Assembly (NCBI GenBank): GCA_029838195.1
Contig: JALGVJ010000017.1
Span: 1-64,000 of the forward strand
Direction of reading: 5' to 3'
DNA length: 64,000 nt
Source: Promethearchaeota archaeon
GTDB lineage: Archaea; Asgardarchaeota; Lokiarchaeia; Sigyniarchaeales; SOKP01
A model generated the notes under the pieces. It had not been told where the DNA came from, made no database searches, and worked only from the letters and a program-made list of their open reading frames with translations. The first letter of the stretch is position 1, and each line of letters starts with the position of its first letter. Position numbers and translations under genes: made by a program. This document shows, piece by piece, positions 39,291 through 50,005 of this stretch.

Positions 39291-41093
39291 TTATAACAAT
39301 TCATGAAGCCCGAGTTCTTTTAATTTTTTTTCTGTTGGAATACCATTTGATGTCCATTCCATCGCACTGTAATATTCATCAAGTAAAAGATCTAAATTAA
39401 CAATCTGTCCCTTGCTTTCGCCACGAGCAAGAGGCTCTTCTATGAATCGCTTCGGTAATGTATCAGTGCTTCGATCAAATCCGAGTTTTACATTATACAT
39501 TCGCTCTAAATTAATTATACGTTCCGCAGCCTTCTCTAACGATTTGCTATTCATGGGAATACCCGTTACCAAAAAATAAGCCTCTGCTTGATCATCTAAA
39601 GGAACTCCCCCTCTCATGGTCGAGCACAAGGCGATGGAATCGACAATTGCCATGGAAAACTGTTGATTTCGCTCCAGAAGTCCTTTTCCTTTTTCAATAA
39701 GGCGATTTCCCAAAGCCAGTTCCAAACCAAATGTAGTAGCATACATGTGGTGTGCTCCCTTGGGAGAAGTACTATAAGTGAGGGCCATTGCTTTTGCTCC
39801 TCGAGGGTCATAAACGGGAAAAGATTGTCCTTTTGAATGAATGGAAAATTCACTTATTTGAAGTTTTTCTCCCGCGCGTGCCACTCCCTTTGCTAAAATA
39901 TCCCCAAAACCTTCCCGCATTCCGATCTTTTTCAAGCTCTTTAATAATGCCTCTTCATTTCCAAATTTCATTTCAATACCATCCGTATCATCTAACGTGA
40001 GTCGCCCTTTTTCAAAGGCTTCCATCATCATGGAAATGCAAGCACCCCCATTGATCGTGTCAAAACCAAATGTATCGCAGATGCGTGCGGCTTTAAGTAA
40101 TGTTCCCCAGTTTGAAATTCCACAATTAGAACCTAACATTCCCACGGTCTCAAATTCGGGTCCTTCCATCATGATCTTCTCATTCTCTTCAGGAACTAAG
40201 ACCTTTGTCCATTTCCCACATCCAATAGGACATCCAAAGCAAGAACTATCTCCAGAAACGACCTTTTCCCTCATTTGAGGACCTTCTAATTTATATCCTT
40301 CTTCAAAAAAACCCTCCGAAAAATTCCGTGTTACCCAAAACCCCGCCTTATTTATTCTTTCTACTAATTCCATCGTGCCATAAATTCTCCTGATCTGTCC
40401 TATTTTGGACAAGCGAATGTTATCAATTAATCTTTTAGCGAATGGAATGATTTTATCGGGATGAGCCACCTCAACATCATTAGAGCCACTCAAAGCAATC
40501 CCCTTTAAATTTTTTGAGCCCATTACAGCTCCTCCGCCGCCTCGACCAAATTCTCGATATAATCCCGCTGTAATGCACGCAAAACTGACTAATTTCTCAC
40601 CAGCAGGACCAATGACAGCGATTTGAAGGGTTTTATCTCCTCCCAAATCTTCACGAATTAAATGTTCACTTTCAGGAATTAAGTTTCCCCAAATCTTTTC
40701 AGCACTCTTGAATTCGACTTCATCATTATTAATCCAAAGATAGACGGGATTGCTGGCTTTTCCTTCAACAATTAATCCTATATATCCGGCATATCGTAAT
40801 TCAGGCCCCCAATGTCCGCCACAGAGAGAGTATGAATAACTTTCAGTTAGGGGTGATTTAAACGTGACACATATTTTATTATTTCCGGGAATTAAAGTTC
40901 CTGCTAAAGGTCCATTCATGAAAATTAATTTATTTTCTGGATTTAAGGGTAAAGTAGAAGGAGGAACTTCCCTAAATAGAAAATAAGCTCCAAGGCCTCT
41001 TCCTCCCAAAAATAATTCATGAAGTTTAGTATCTATATCTTCTATAGAATATTTTTCAGTGGTGAGATTAATTCGCAATAATTTTCCAAACAT
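39291..41093 (-). CDS. aor: Aldehyde:ferredoxin oxidoreductase (W/Mo-pterin)
   Basis: FLGGRG, KSPLT, IGPAGE, GRGG.GAVMGSKNLK, CFGCPIGC, EGPEFET, YDPRG, DTLPKRF. Confidence 0.95.
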   Translation of the reverse strand: MFGKLLRINLTTEKYSIEDIDTKLHELFLGGRGLGAYFLFREVPPSTLPLNPENKLIFMNGPLAGTLIPGNNKICVTFKSPLTESYSYSLCGGHWGPELRYAGYIGLIVEGKASNPVYLWINNDEVEFKSAEKIWGNLIPESEHLIREDLGGDKTLQIAVIGPAGEKLVSFACITAGLYREFGRGGGGAVMGSKNLKGIALSGSNDVEVAHPDKIIPFAKRLIDNIRLSKIGQIRRIYGTMELVERINKAGFWVTRNFSEGFFEEGYKLEGPQMREKVVSGDSSCFGCPIGCGKWTKVLVPEENEKIMMEGPEFETVGMLGSNCGISNWGTLLKAARICDTFGFDTINGGACISMMMEAFEKGRLTLDDTDGIEMKFGNEEALLKSLKKIGMREGFGDILAKGVARAGEKLQISEFSIHSKGQSFPVYDPRGAKAMALTYSTSPKGAHHMYATTFGLELALGNRLIEKGKGLLERNQQFSMAIVDSIALCSTMRGGVPLDDQAEAYFLVTGIPMNSKSLEKAAERIINLERMYNVKLGFDRSTDTLPKRFIEEPLARGESKGQIVNLDLLLDEYYSAMEWTSNGIPTEKKLKELGLHELL

Positions 41094-41117
41094 TTTTTCA
41101 CCTTCTTCCTGAATTCA

Positions 41118-41600
41118 TTAATCATTTTGTTTTGTATTTTGAGCCATTACCTCTACAAGCGTCGATTTATACACGTGGTCGGCTCTCTCGATATTCACAT
41201 ATTGTATTGCCTTTTCCGGACAAATTTTCACGCAAGCAGGGTTTCCCTCGCACGTGGTACAAATTAAAACATGTTCGCTTGTAGGATCCATTTGAATGGC
41301 GCCATGTGGACACATTTGAATACATGCCCTGCACGCTACGCAGTTTTCTTGATTTACAATAATTGCATGTGTATCTGGATTAATGGATAATGCATTAAAT
41401 TTACAAGCATCCACGCAGGGTGGCTTAGAGCATTGATGACAATAAAATGCTAAGTCCATTTGAAGGTTAGGGTCTCGAATAATGCGAATGCGTGCTTTTT
41501 CCGGATTCGTGACATTAAAATGAGTCATGACGCATGTTGCTTCACAAAGTCTACATCCAATACATTTTTTTGGTTCAAACACTAATACTTTTCGAATCAT
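41118..41600 (-). CDS. 4Fe-4S dicluster protein (DmsB/CooF-like AOR partner)
   Basis: CIGCRLCEATC, CHQCSKPPCVDAC, CVACRACIQMCP, CTTC...CVKICP. Confidence 0.94.
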   Translation of the reverse strand: MIRKVLVFEPKKCIGCRLCEATCVMTHFNVTNPEKARIRIIRDPNLQMDLAFYCHQCSKPPCVDACKFNALSINPDTHAIIVNQENCVACRACIQMCPHGAIQMDPTSEHVLICTTCEGNPACVKICPEKAIQYVNIERADHVYKSTLVEVMAQNTKQND

Positions 41601-41645
41601 GGTTCTCTTATTAGAATTTTTAGAGTGAATTCAAATCTCTTCTTT

Positions 41646-42290
41646 TTATAAAAAAAATTGTCTGAACATGTTTTTTTCTTTCTCTTCGCCGATGGAAGTT
41701 CTTCCCATGTGGCCGGGAAAAATGATAAAATTATCGGAAAGATTCGGATTGTACATTATTTTTTTTTTAATGCTTTCAAATAAAACGCTTTGATCACCCC
41801 CCGGGACATCTGAGCGGCCAATACTGCGGCGAAATATGAGATCTCCCGTGAAAATGATGCCATCGATTTGTTGCCCTTTATATTCTTTCACGTCTTTACA
41901 GTAATAGCACAGAGAACCTGGCGAATGTCCTGGAGTTTCCAAGACATAGAGCGTGAGTTCTCCTACAAGAATGGTATCTCCTTCTCGTAGCCATTTATCT
42001 TTTTTGGAAAAGGGACCAAAACCGCTGTTAATTTCTTTTTTATCATACATTACGGGAATATCATAGCTTCTCAAAAATTTTTTAAGTTTCATGACGTGGT
42101 CAAAATGTGCATGAGTTAATAACACAGCAATGGGTCGGGCATTTAATTCTTCAAGAGTTTGGGTGATCTCTTTAATGTCAAAGCCAGGATCGATTACTAC
42201 GACTTCTCTTGTTTTTGAGGAGCCAAAAATGTAACAGTTGGTTGTTAAAGGGCCCACGACTATTTTTTTAAAAATCATGTTTTTTATCAA
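41646..42290 (-). CDS. MBL-fold metallo-hydrolase (glyoxalase II-like)
   Basis: TNCY, IDPG, THAHFDH, TPGHSPG, FTGD, PGH. Confidence 0.93.
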   Translation of the reverse strand: MIKNMIFKKIVVGPLTTNCYIFGSSKTREVVVIDPGFDIKEITQTLEELNARPIAVLLTHAHFDHVMKLKKFLRSYDIPVMYDKKEINSGFGPFSKKDKWLREGDTILVGELTLYVLETPGHSPGSLCYYCKDVKEYKGQQIDGIIFTGDLIFRRSIGRSDVPGGDQSVLFESIKKKIMYNPNLSDNFIIFPGHMGRTSIGEEKEKNMFRQFFL

Positions 42291-42388
42291 TTAAACCTTG
42301 TACATAAAAGGCTACAATGAACTAAATAAAAATATAAATAAATTAATTGTAAGAAGAAAAAATCTTACTTAAATCTTAAATATTGAGA

Positions 42389-42709
42389 TTATTCCGAAAG
42401 AATTAATTGATTAATCTCAATTAATTTATCATATACGTCTTTTCCTTTCTTAGTCAGTTGAATTATGGTGTTATTTTTACTATTATTTTTTTTGGATTCC
42501 GTAGTAGGATTTATATCTATGATTTCAATTAAACCTTTCTCTATCAATTCATTTTTAATCCGGAAAAATGAGTTGTAATAACTAAATTTATTCAATTCGT
42601 TATAAAAGGTGTGTTTATCAATTTTATGGTTTTTAAATTTGGAAAGGACGTAAAAAGTATCTCTAAAACCTTTTTTCTTTAAAAATGAAAATAATCCATC
42701 CATGTTCAT
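42389..42709 (-). CDS. Winged-helix protein
   Basis: NELIEKGLIE...IQLTKKGK wing motif; GGAGG upstream. Confidence 0.75.
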   Translation of the reverse strand: MNMDGLFSFLKKKGFRDTFYVLSKFKNHKIDKHTFYNELNKFSYYNSFFRIKNELIEKGLIEIIDINPTTESKKNNSKNNTIIQLTKKGKDVYDKLIEINQLILSE

Positions 42710-43047
42710 TAAAATCCCTCCTCAATATAAGGTTAGGGAGACTGAAAAAATCCCATAATAATTAATATGAAAAAAATAAAAGAATTTATAAAGCTTTTGG
42801 TTTAGATATCACGTATTTAAATAGCACGATTCAATAAAACAATGTTTAATATAATATGAATTTTCTTAACAATAATGAGAATTATCTTAAACCTTTAATG
42901 ACATGATATATAAATTATTCAGTGGTTTTCAATAGTCTTCGTAGGAAGGTTTACTAATGCTCCATTTTATTTGAAGAAAATTTATTCATTATGGAATAAT
43001 TAATTTTTCATTTCAATAAAGAAGAAGCACCAGCTTTTTTTCACACG

Positions 43048-43821
43048 ATGAATTTATTAATTCATATTAGAACTGATTCCTTCAACTTTAACATGAATAT
43101 TCGAAAGTATATTGAACAGAGTGTTGGCAATTCTCCCATCGTTTTATCTTGTGCTCATGGGGGATATAGAAAACCTCCTTTTCTTCCAAATAAGATTAAA
43201 GGTGATAAAAATCCTGATACCAATACGATTTTTATCACGAGAGCAATCATTTCTCAATTGAATACACAAGGAATCCAACCTTATTACTTGATTAGCAAAA
43301 TCCATCGAGTTAAGATTGATTTCAATAGGCCTGTGTTATCTCCCTCTGCATTTAATCAAAAATCATTAGAAGCGCGTGAAATTCATGGCTCTTATCATGA
43401 AATCTTGAAAAGGTTTACACGTGAATGCGTGCATCGCTATCAAAAATGCTTGGTAGTGGATATTCATGGATTTACAAAACCTAAAAAAGATTATCCTGAT
43501 ATCATTTTTGGGAATATTTTTGGAAATACTTTACAAATACGTTCAAACAATTCTAATGTAAAAAACCAACAGCATTCTTATTGGATTTTTTCTGAAGTAA
43601 TCAAGCAATTATCTCAAGAATTCACGTTAGATGATGGTCTCGGACTTGATATATATAATGTAGCATATTCCGGAGGCTATATTATTTATCAATTTTTTCA
43701 AATGAATAATGTAAACGCTTTTCAGTTAGAACTCTCTAAAGAGATTCGATTTGATCTAAATCTCTTAAAACATTTCATTACAATCTTTACCTCAGCCATA
43801 ATGGATGAGATAAAAGAATAA
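43048..43821 (+). CDS. N-formylglutamate amidohydrolase-like protein
   Basis: LSCAHGG, HRVKIDFNR, YH, VDIHG, YSGGY, FQLEL. Confidence 0.8.
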   Translation: MNLLIHIRTDSFNFNMNIRKYIEQSVGNSPIVLSCAHGGYRKPPFLPNKIKGDKNPDTNTIFITRAIISQLNTQGIQPYYLISKIHRVKIDFNRPVLSPSAFNQKSLEAREIHGSYHEILKRFTRECVHRYQKCLVVDIHGFTKPKKDYPDIIFGNIFGNTLQIRSNNSNVKNQQHSYWIFSEVIKQLSQEFTLDDGLGLDIYNVAYSGGYIIYQFFQMNNVNAFQLELSKEIRFDLNLLKHFITIFTSAIMDEIKE

Positions 43822-43899
43822 AAGATCTAATATGTCCAATTAGTTTGCCTCCTTTTATTGGCGTCGTTGGTGTATTCATAATTTTATAAATAATCGTTT

Positions 43900-44676
43900 T
43901 TATTTTTGATTTTTCTGCTTTAATTTTCCCGCCTTCTCTGCTAATCTTCGGGGCATGGTGGTTTTATGGATGATAAAATTACACAATATTAACATACCGA
44001 TCCAAGCTGTTAAAACTAAGATATCAATACCAATGGGAAAAACGTTATCTCCATTTACCGCATGTTGTAATAAGTCCGTGAAATAAGTCACGGGAGAAAA
44101 TAAGGATAGGATCAGTAGGCTAAAAGAAGCTGAACTCAAAGGAATGAAAACCCCTCCAATAAATACTAAGGGAAATTTAATTAAATTTATTATCACCATG
44201 ACATCTGAAGTCATCTCTGAAGGATATGAGGAAGCCAACAAGCCCAGCAACGAGCCAGTAGAACCCATCAATCCAATTCCAGCAATTATTAAAAATACTT
44301 GTGAGAGGGACGTAATGGGAATCGAGAGTATAAACATGAATATTATCATGATGAGCAGAGAGATTAAAAACGAATATAAAAGGGAAGCAAGAAATATTCC
44401 CGATAATATTTGACGAATAGATATTGGATAAATTAACTGCCTTTCCAGTGATTTTTCACGGGTTTCTTGAGGGAGAACGACGGGACTGATTGCCGTAGAA
44501 GTAAAAAATGCGGTCATCACGATTATTCCTACAAATATTTGAGAACTCGTAAGATCCCTACCGATCACCCAGGCAAGCGTCATGAAAAAAGGAAAGAGTA
44601 ATCCGAAGATTAGCACGGGTCCTTTTTTAATATAAAGCGTGATATTTTTTCGGCACAACACCCATGTAATTGACAA
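43900..44676 (-). CDS. ABC-2 transporter permease
   Basis: Six TM helices; E...KSLER..IYP; FIGGVFIP; SPVTY. Confidence 0.9.
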   Translation of the reverse strand: MSITWVLCRKNITLYIKKGPVLIFGLLFPFFMTLAWVIGRDLTSSQIFVGIIVMTAFFTSTAISPVVLPQETREKSLERQLIYPISIRQILSGIFLASLLYSFLISLLIMIIFMFILSIPITSLSQVFLIIAGIGLMGSTGSLLGLLASSYPSEMTSDVMVIINLIKFPLVFIGGVFIPLSSASFSLLILSLFSPVTYFTDLLQHAVNGDNVFPIGIDILVLTAWIGMLILCNFIIHKTTMPRRLAEKAGKLKQKNQK

Positions 44677-44680
44677 TTTA

Positions 44681-45643
44681 TTAGACCTCCTTTTTGTCCT
44701 TTATTCCCGTTTTGGTTATCAAATCAATAAATATTTCTTCAAGAGAAATGTCATGAACCTGAAAATCTACTATAGTAATGTTGAGAGATTTGAGCAAATT
44801 ATGTAGTTTGGTAATATCTTCTAACGGATCATCACTTCGAAATTGATAATATTTTTTTTTTAATTCCTTTAGTTCAAAATGCCGATTTAAGATCTGTTTT
44901 TGCTCCAATATCAAATCTTGGGGTGTTTGAAAACTAATTACCGATTTTTGTTTGAAATTTTTTCGGAGCATGTTTGGATTGGCATCGGCAATTATTTTAC
45001 CCTTATTCATTATCAAGACTCGATCACAGAGATTTTGAGCTTCTAGCATGTCATGAGTGGTAATTAATATGGTTTTTCCTCGTTCTTTCATTTGTATAAT
45101 CTGATTTCTCATGGTAATCGTAGAAATTGGGTCTAATCCGCTTGTAGGCTCGTCCAAAATTAAAACAGGCGGATCATGGAGTAAAGCTAAACAAAGATTC
45201 AGCCGTTGTTTTAACCCTTTGGATAACGTTCTTGCTTTTGAATTTTTTTTATTTTCGAGTTCAAATTGCTTCAAAAGGGAACTCCCCCTTTTTTTAATCA
45301 TCTTGGAAGTAAGACCATAAATTTTACCTGCAAGTGTAAGGTTTTGCCAGAGAGTAAGCGCAGAAAACACATTGCTGGTTTCAGGAACAACGCCAAAGAA
45401 AGTTTTACATTTCTTGAGGTTTTTCCTTAAATCTAAATTGAAAATGTGGATTTTACTTTTTCCATCGGGTTCGAATACACCGGTGAGCATCCGGATGGTT
45501 GTAGTTTTTCCTGCTCCATTAGGTCCTAAGAGGCCCACAATTTCTCCCGTAGAAATTTCAAAGGAAATATCATCAACAGCAAGGAGATTCCCAAATTGTT
45601 TTGTTAAATTCCTAGCACTTATTGCTATTTCGGAACTCTCCAT
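44681..45643 (-). CDS. ABC transporter ATP-binding protein
   Basis: GPNGAGKTT, LSKG, LILDEPTSGLD, TTH. Confidence 0.96.
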   Translation of the reverse strand: MESSEIAISARNLTKQFGNLLAVDDISFEISTGEIVGLLGPNGAGKTTTIRMLTGVFEPDGKSKIHIFNLDLRKNLKKCKTFFGVVPETSNVFSALTLWQNLTLAGKIYGLTSKMIKKRGSSLLKQFELENKKNSKARTLSKGLKQRLNLCLALLHDPPVLILDEPTSGLDPISTITMRNQIIQMKERGKTILITTHDMLEAQNLCDRVLIMNKGKIIADANPNMLRKNFKQKSVISFQTPQDLILEQKQILNRHFELKELKKKYYQFRSDDPLEDITKLHNLLKSLNITIVDFQVHDISLEEIFIDLITKTGIKDKKEV

Positions 45644-45811
45644 TAATTTTTCACGTCCGGCAATTAATTTTTCTCGATCTTGTGAATTCTTTAATTCTCA
45701 CTTCATAGAAATAATAATTTCTTATTCTTTCCAATATTAATTATATTATATTTTTTAAACCATTTAAACTTCAAAATGGAAAGTATTGAAATAACTTTCC
45801 TAAAATAAAGT

Positions 45812-46240
45812 ATGGAGGAGATGTCCATGCATACAAAAAGCGAAAATCTTGAGTCTTATGAAAAATTATTAAAATGGCATTGTCCTAAGCAAGAGCACGT
45901 GAAAAATTGCCAAGAAGAGTGTTGCATGGGGACTATATTAACTCTCTTCGGAAAAAAATACGTATTACCCATAATTAGATTATTATTATTCCAAGGAAAA
46001 CTACGATTTAATGAAATTGAAAAAAAGATTGGGGGTAGCCCTAAAACTATCACTGCACGATTAAGAGAATTAGAAAACCAAGGAATTATTAAACGGGAAA
46101 TATTTAATGAAATTCCTATTCGTGTGGAATATTCTTTAACATCGTATGAAAAAGAATTAGAAGATATCTTCGAAAGAATTTCCAAATGGGCTCAAAAATT
46201 AAAAAATCACCGATTAAAACCCAATTTATTAAATTCTTAA
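45812..46240 (+). CDS. HxlR-family transcriptional regulator
   Basis: GKKY, LRFNEI, SPKTITARLREL, PIRVEYSLT; divergent from the ABC operon. Confidence 0.92.
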   Translation: MEEMSMHTKSENLESYEKLLKWHCPKQEHVKNCQEECCMGTILTLFGKKYVLPIIRLLLFQGKLRFNEIEKKIGGSPKTITARLRELENQGIIKREIFNEIPIRVEYSLTSYEKELEDIFERISKWAQKLKNHRLKPNLLNS

Positions 46241-46274
46241 TCAATTCTTTAAAAAATATATAAATTATCATGAT

Positions 46275-47099
46275 ATGAACCGTGAAGACTTGCCTTTATA
46301 TTCGCAATTACCAAATGGTTGCGGATTAAGTTCATTTTTAATGCTGATTAATCTTGAAAAACACGTTAAATACAAGAACTTATTAGAAGAAATTTTTAAT
46401 CGCCTTAATATTAGGAACTATTTAAAAAGAGATGAATTTAAATGGTCATACAGCTTGAGCTATATATTATTAAAATCCTTGGGAAATAACGTCTTGAGAG
46501 ATTTTTTAAAGAAAAAGAATGAGATCTTGGTAAAATATTACATGCCCATTTTACTTCACGAGTTAAAAGAACCAAAAGAACCCTCTTTAGCTACCCATAA
46601 TGTTATTACTCCTAAAATTCTACATTCATTTGTTCATGATATGAAAACTGATGCTGATTTAAAAATTTTGTTTTATCTTTTTGGAGGCGCGTTCTATCCT
46701 CAAGAGCAAGAATTTTTAGACGGAACGGGAGGTTTATATTTTACTCGTGAGGATTTTGATAATAATAATGGAAAGAGACATGAGAAAAAATTAAAATTAA
46801 TCATGAATCATTTATGGGAGAATAAGGGAAAAAGAATTCCCGTCATTGCTCTGAATAAAGGATATCATTGGGTCGCAATTAATTCCATCACGCCCGACAA
46901 AATCCTCATCATTCATGACCCATTAGGTGGAAAATATTTCATGGAAATCAAGCAGTCAATTCCTGATTATTACCGGTTTTATTTTTTCGACCATGATCCT
47001 AAAAATGCATTTATTTTGCAAGAACAAGTTCGCCGATTCCTTTTCTCGGAAATGAGTAGTGAGTCATGGAAAGGGAAGGAAAAAAATTTAACGGAATAA
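46275..47099 (+). CDS. Papain-fold cysteine peptidase-like protein (C39-like)
   Basis: YSQLPNGCG.SS (Gln/Cys), YHWVAI (His), IHDP (Asp). Confidence 0.6.
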   Translation: MNREDLPLYSQLPNGCGLSSFLMLINLEKHVKYKNLLEEIFNRLNIRNYLKRDEFKWSYSLSYILLKSLGNNVLRDFLKKKNEILVKYYMPILLHELKEPKEPSLATHNVITPKILHSFVHDMKTDADLKILFYLFGGAFYPQEQEFLDGTGGLYFTREDFDNNNGKRHEKKLKLIMNHLWENKGKRIPVIALNKGYHWVAINSITPDKILIIHDPLGGKYFMEIKQSIPDYYRFYFFDHDPKNAFILQEQVRRFLFSEMSSESWKGKEKNLTE

Positions 47100-47195
47100 A
47101 AGAAAATTATACCCCATTTTTTAATAAATATTCATTTTACTAAAAAAAAGATATTTTAATTATTTTAATAAAATAACAAAGATTTAAGAGTCAAA

Positions 47196-48326
47196 ATGAA
47201 AGAAAATCAAATAATCGAAAAAATTCACTCGTGTCTTGATTGCAAAAAATGTCTTGAGTCTTGCGATACATATCTTGTTACGCAAGATGAGCTGAAATCT
47301 CCAAACGGGAGATTAAAAATTGCCGATAAAATCTATAGTAATATAGAAATAACAGATGAAGAATTAAACTCGATGTATACTTGTACACTATGCGGAATCT
47401 GTGATTTAGTTTGCGTTCAAAAGATTCCCATCACGGAAATAATTCATGCGTCCAAAGCTAAATTAGTGGAATTGGGGAAAGCTCCTCTTGAAATTCATGA
47501 AAAAATAATTGAAGGTATTTTAAAGTATAATAATTCCGTAAATGGAAATCCGGAAGAGCGTCTAAATTGGTTGCCTGAAAAATACAAAGCTGAAGAGCTA
47601 TTTGAGCAGAAAGATTCTGACACCTTGCTTTTTTTGGGTTGCATGTCCTCATTTAGAGTGAAAGAAAGTGCTAGTGCATCCTATGAAATTCTTAAAAAAG
47701 CCCATTATGATTTTAAAATATTAAAAAATGAACCATGCTGTGGAGAATATGTTTATAGTGCAGGAAAAGTTGAAATAGCAAAAAAAATAATGGAGGATAA
47801 TTTTTCGCTGTTCAAGAATCTTGGAATTAAAAATATTCTCGTAACATGTGCTGGGTGTCTTTATGCATTCAATAAAATATATCCCAAATATATAAAGAAT
47901 TTTAATATTAATGTAAAACACGTGATTCAAGTAATCCATGAATTAGAAAAGCAAGGCAAAATAAAATTGAAACCATTAAATAAGAGGGTAAGTTATCATG
48001 ATGCTTGTAGAATGGTTCGAAAACTTAATAATCTGAAAATATATAGAGAACCGCGAGAACTTCTCGAAAAAACAGAAACTTCTATTAATGAACTGAATAA
48101 AAAAGAAGAAAACACACCTTGTTGCGGAGCAGGTTCCGGAATAAGAGGCGTAGATAGTAGCATCACGATTAAAATTGGCTCTAAAATATTTGAAGAAGTG
48201 AATTCAAAATTAATTATTTCAGCTTGCCCGCTCTGTGTTTTTAATTATCGATATGTAAATTATAAGACACAAAATAATATAGAAACTAAATACATCACGG
48301 ATTTTCTTCTAGATGCCCTTGAATGA
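47196..48326 (+). CDS. Fe-S oxidoreductase with CCG domains (HdrD/GlpC-like)
   Basis: CLDCKKCLESC, CTLCGICDLVC, EPCCG, TCAGC, YHDAC, CCGAG, ACPLC. Confidence 0.92.
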   Translation: MKENQIIEKIHSCLDCKKCLESCDTYLVTQDELKSPNGRLKIADKIYSNIEITDEELNSMYTCTLCGICDLVCVQKIPITEIIHASKAKLVELGKAPLEIHEKIIEGILKYNNSVNGNPEERLNWLPEKYKAEELFEQKDSDTLLFLGCMSSFRVKESASASYEILKKAHYDFKILKNEPCCGEYVYSAGKVEIAKKIMEDNFSLFKNLGIKNILVTCAGCLYAFNKIYPKYIKNFNINVKHVIQVIHELEKQGKIKLKPLNKRVSYHDACRMVRKLNNLKIYREPRELLEKTETSINELNKKEENTPCCGAGSGIRGVDSSITIKIGSKIFEEVNSKLIISACPLCVFNYRYVNYKTQNNIETKYITDFLLDALE

Positions 48327-48340
48327 GAATTAATACCTAT

Positions 48341-48547
48341 TTAAATCATTTCATTTCTAATACTTTCTACATAGGCACGCAAATGAGATTTATCCGGGTT
48401 TAACCACAATGCCTTTTCATATAATGTTATAGCTTCAAGAAGATTTCCGCCTTCCTCGAATTCTTTTCCTTTTTCTTCATATAAATCAGATAATCGGTTT
48501 TCTGTCGCTTTCATGTAGTTAGATAATTCGGTATAATGTACTCGCAT
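48341..48547 (-). CDS. Small single-TPR protein or TPR gene fragment
   Basis: LYEEKGKEFEEGGNLLEAITLYEKALWLNP fits the TPR consensus. Confidence 0.55.
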   Translation of the reverse strand: MRVHYTELSNYMKATENRLSDLYEEKGKEFEEGGNLLEAITLYEKALWLNPDKSHLRAYVESIRNEMI

Positions 48548-48830
48548 TTTTACGAAAGCATGAATGAATCCGATATGATTTAAGATGAGAGAGAGAAACC
48601 TTGTCGTTTTTATTGATAAGCGATTTTTAAATTTCCATTAATCATAAAGAATCAAAAATAGGCTCCAGGCGTTAATTTTTAAATAAAGATTTTAAATCCG
48701 ACAAAGAATCTTAAATGAATATTTTGAAGTCTAATCTCTTACATTAAAAATCGGACTAAAGATCATTTTAATGTACCGCTTTTCATTTTTTAATTAGCTC
48801 TTGAATGTTGAATGAATAAAATGTCTAAAA

Positions 48831-49067
48831 ATGAGATGTATTTTGTCCGGGAAAAAAAATTCTGTTAAAGATTTTGAAAATGCATTAGCATGCTATGAAA
48901 TCATAAAAGAAGCTCTAATAGGATTAACGGAAATCACTCATGTAAATTTTTCAAAAGACGATATCTTTTATGGCGTTGCGCTTGACAATATTCAAGCCAT
49001 CCACGACGCTGTTAATTGCATTCTAGATATTTATAACCCGTATAATGAGCAGAAAAAAAACATTTAA
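48831..49067 (+). CDS. Small hypothetical helical protein
   Basis: 78-aa ORF in otherwise empty region, amphipathic pattern. Confidence 0.45.
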   Translation: MRCILSGKKNSVKDFENALACYEIIKEALIGLTEITHVNFSKDDIFYGVALDNIQAIHDAVNCILDIYNPYNEQKKNI

Positions 49068-49495
49068 TTTTAATTTTATTTAAAAAATGATGCAATGAAA
49101 GAATTTTAAAACTCCCCAAGTTTTCAACTCTTTTTACGGTTCTTCTTAAAAGATTTTTTACTCCCAAAAAAAAATCTTCACCCTAATAGGATCTATTAAT
49201 TGATTAACTCCCTTTTTTCTCTTTATAACTGAAATGAGAAATTAAAATATTATTCAATCTGATATGAATATCATTCAAGAAATAAAGATTAAACATGTGA
49301 AAATACTTCATTTTAATCTCATTTTCAAAAAAAAGGGACGTGATTATTTATTTTACTATTATTGTATGCGGACTTTCCCTTCTAATCAAGAAAAAAAATC
49401 TGTAACCATGAAAAAATTGGAAATGCTTTTATAAGAACAAAAATTAGTTAAATCATCTAATGAATATTTATTCTAAATTATAAAAGTGATAAAAA

Positions 49496-50005
49496 ATGCC
49501 CTCATTTAAAGAAACATATGAAGCTATCAAAGAAGATTGGAGTAAGGGAGAAAAAAATTTCAACGTAGAATGCACAATGCTAAAAGAAGGAATGCAAATA
49601 GAATGTGTAATGGGAAATCCTGGTGGTGAGCCTTTTAAACTCTTAATAGATGCTCCTGCTGGATTAGATGGAACGAATAAAGGCCCCTCTCCTTTACTTG
49701 TCATTTTGTCTTCGATTGGTGCTTGTATCATTGCCGTGACGAGATTTTGGGCTAAAATAATGAATATTAATATTAAAGAAATGAAACTCTTCTCGCGCGG
49801 ACACATAAATTTAGGAGCCATTTTTGGACTTGATGATACAAAATTAGCCGGCTATGATAAACTTGAACCCGTAATTCGGATAAAAGCGGATGCTCCGAGA
49901 GAAAAAATTGAAGAATTAATGGAAAAAGTGTTTTCACATTGTCCAATCATAACAAACTTTAGTGGTGCTTCAAAAATAACCCCAAAACTCCAGATTAGAG
50001 AATAA
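49496..50005 (+). CDS. OsmC/Ohr family protein
   Basis: DAP..LDGTNKGPSP, SIGAC, HCPI. Confidence 0.9.
   Translation: MPSFKETYEAIKEDWSKGEKNFNVECTMLKEGMQIECVMGNPGGEPFKLLIDAPAGLDGTNKGPSPLLVILSSIGACIIAVTRFWAKIMNINIKEMKLFSRGHINLGAIFGLDDTKLAGYDKLEPVIRIKADAPREKIEELMEKVFSHCPIITNFSGASKITPKLQIRE

Noticed and set aside
39291-50005. Selenoprotein read-through in redox genes (AOR, Fe-S, CCG, OsmC)
   Set aside because: All of these ORFs appear full-length with Cys at the expected sites; no in-frame TGA needs recoding
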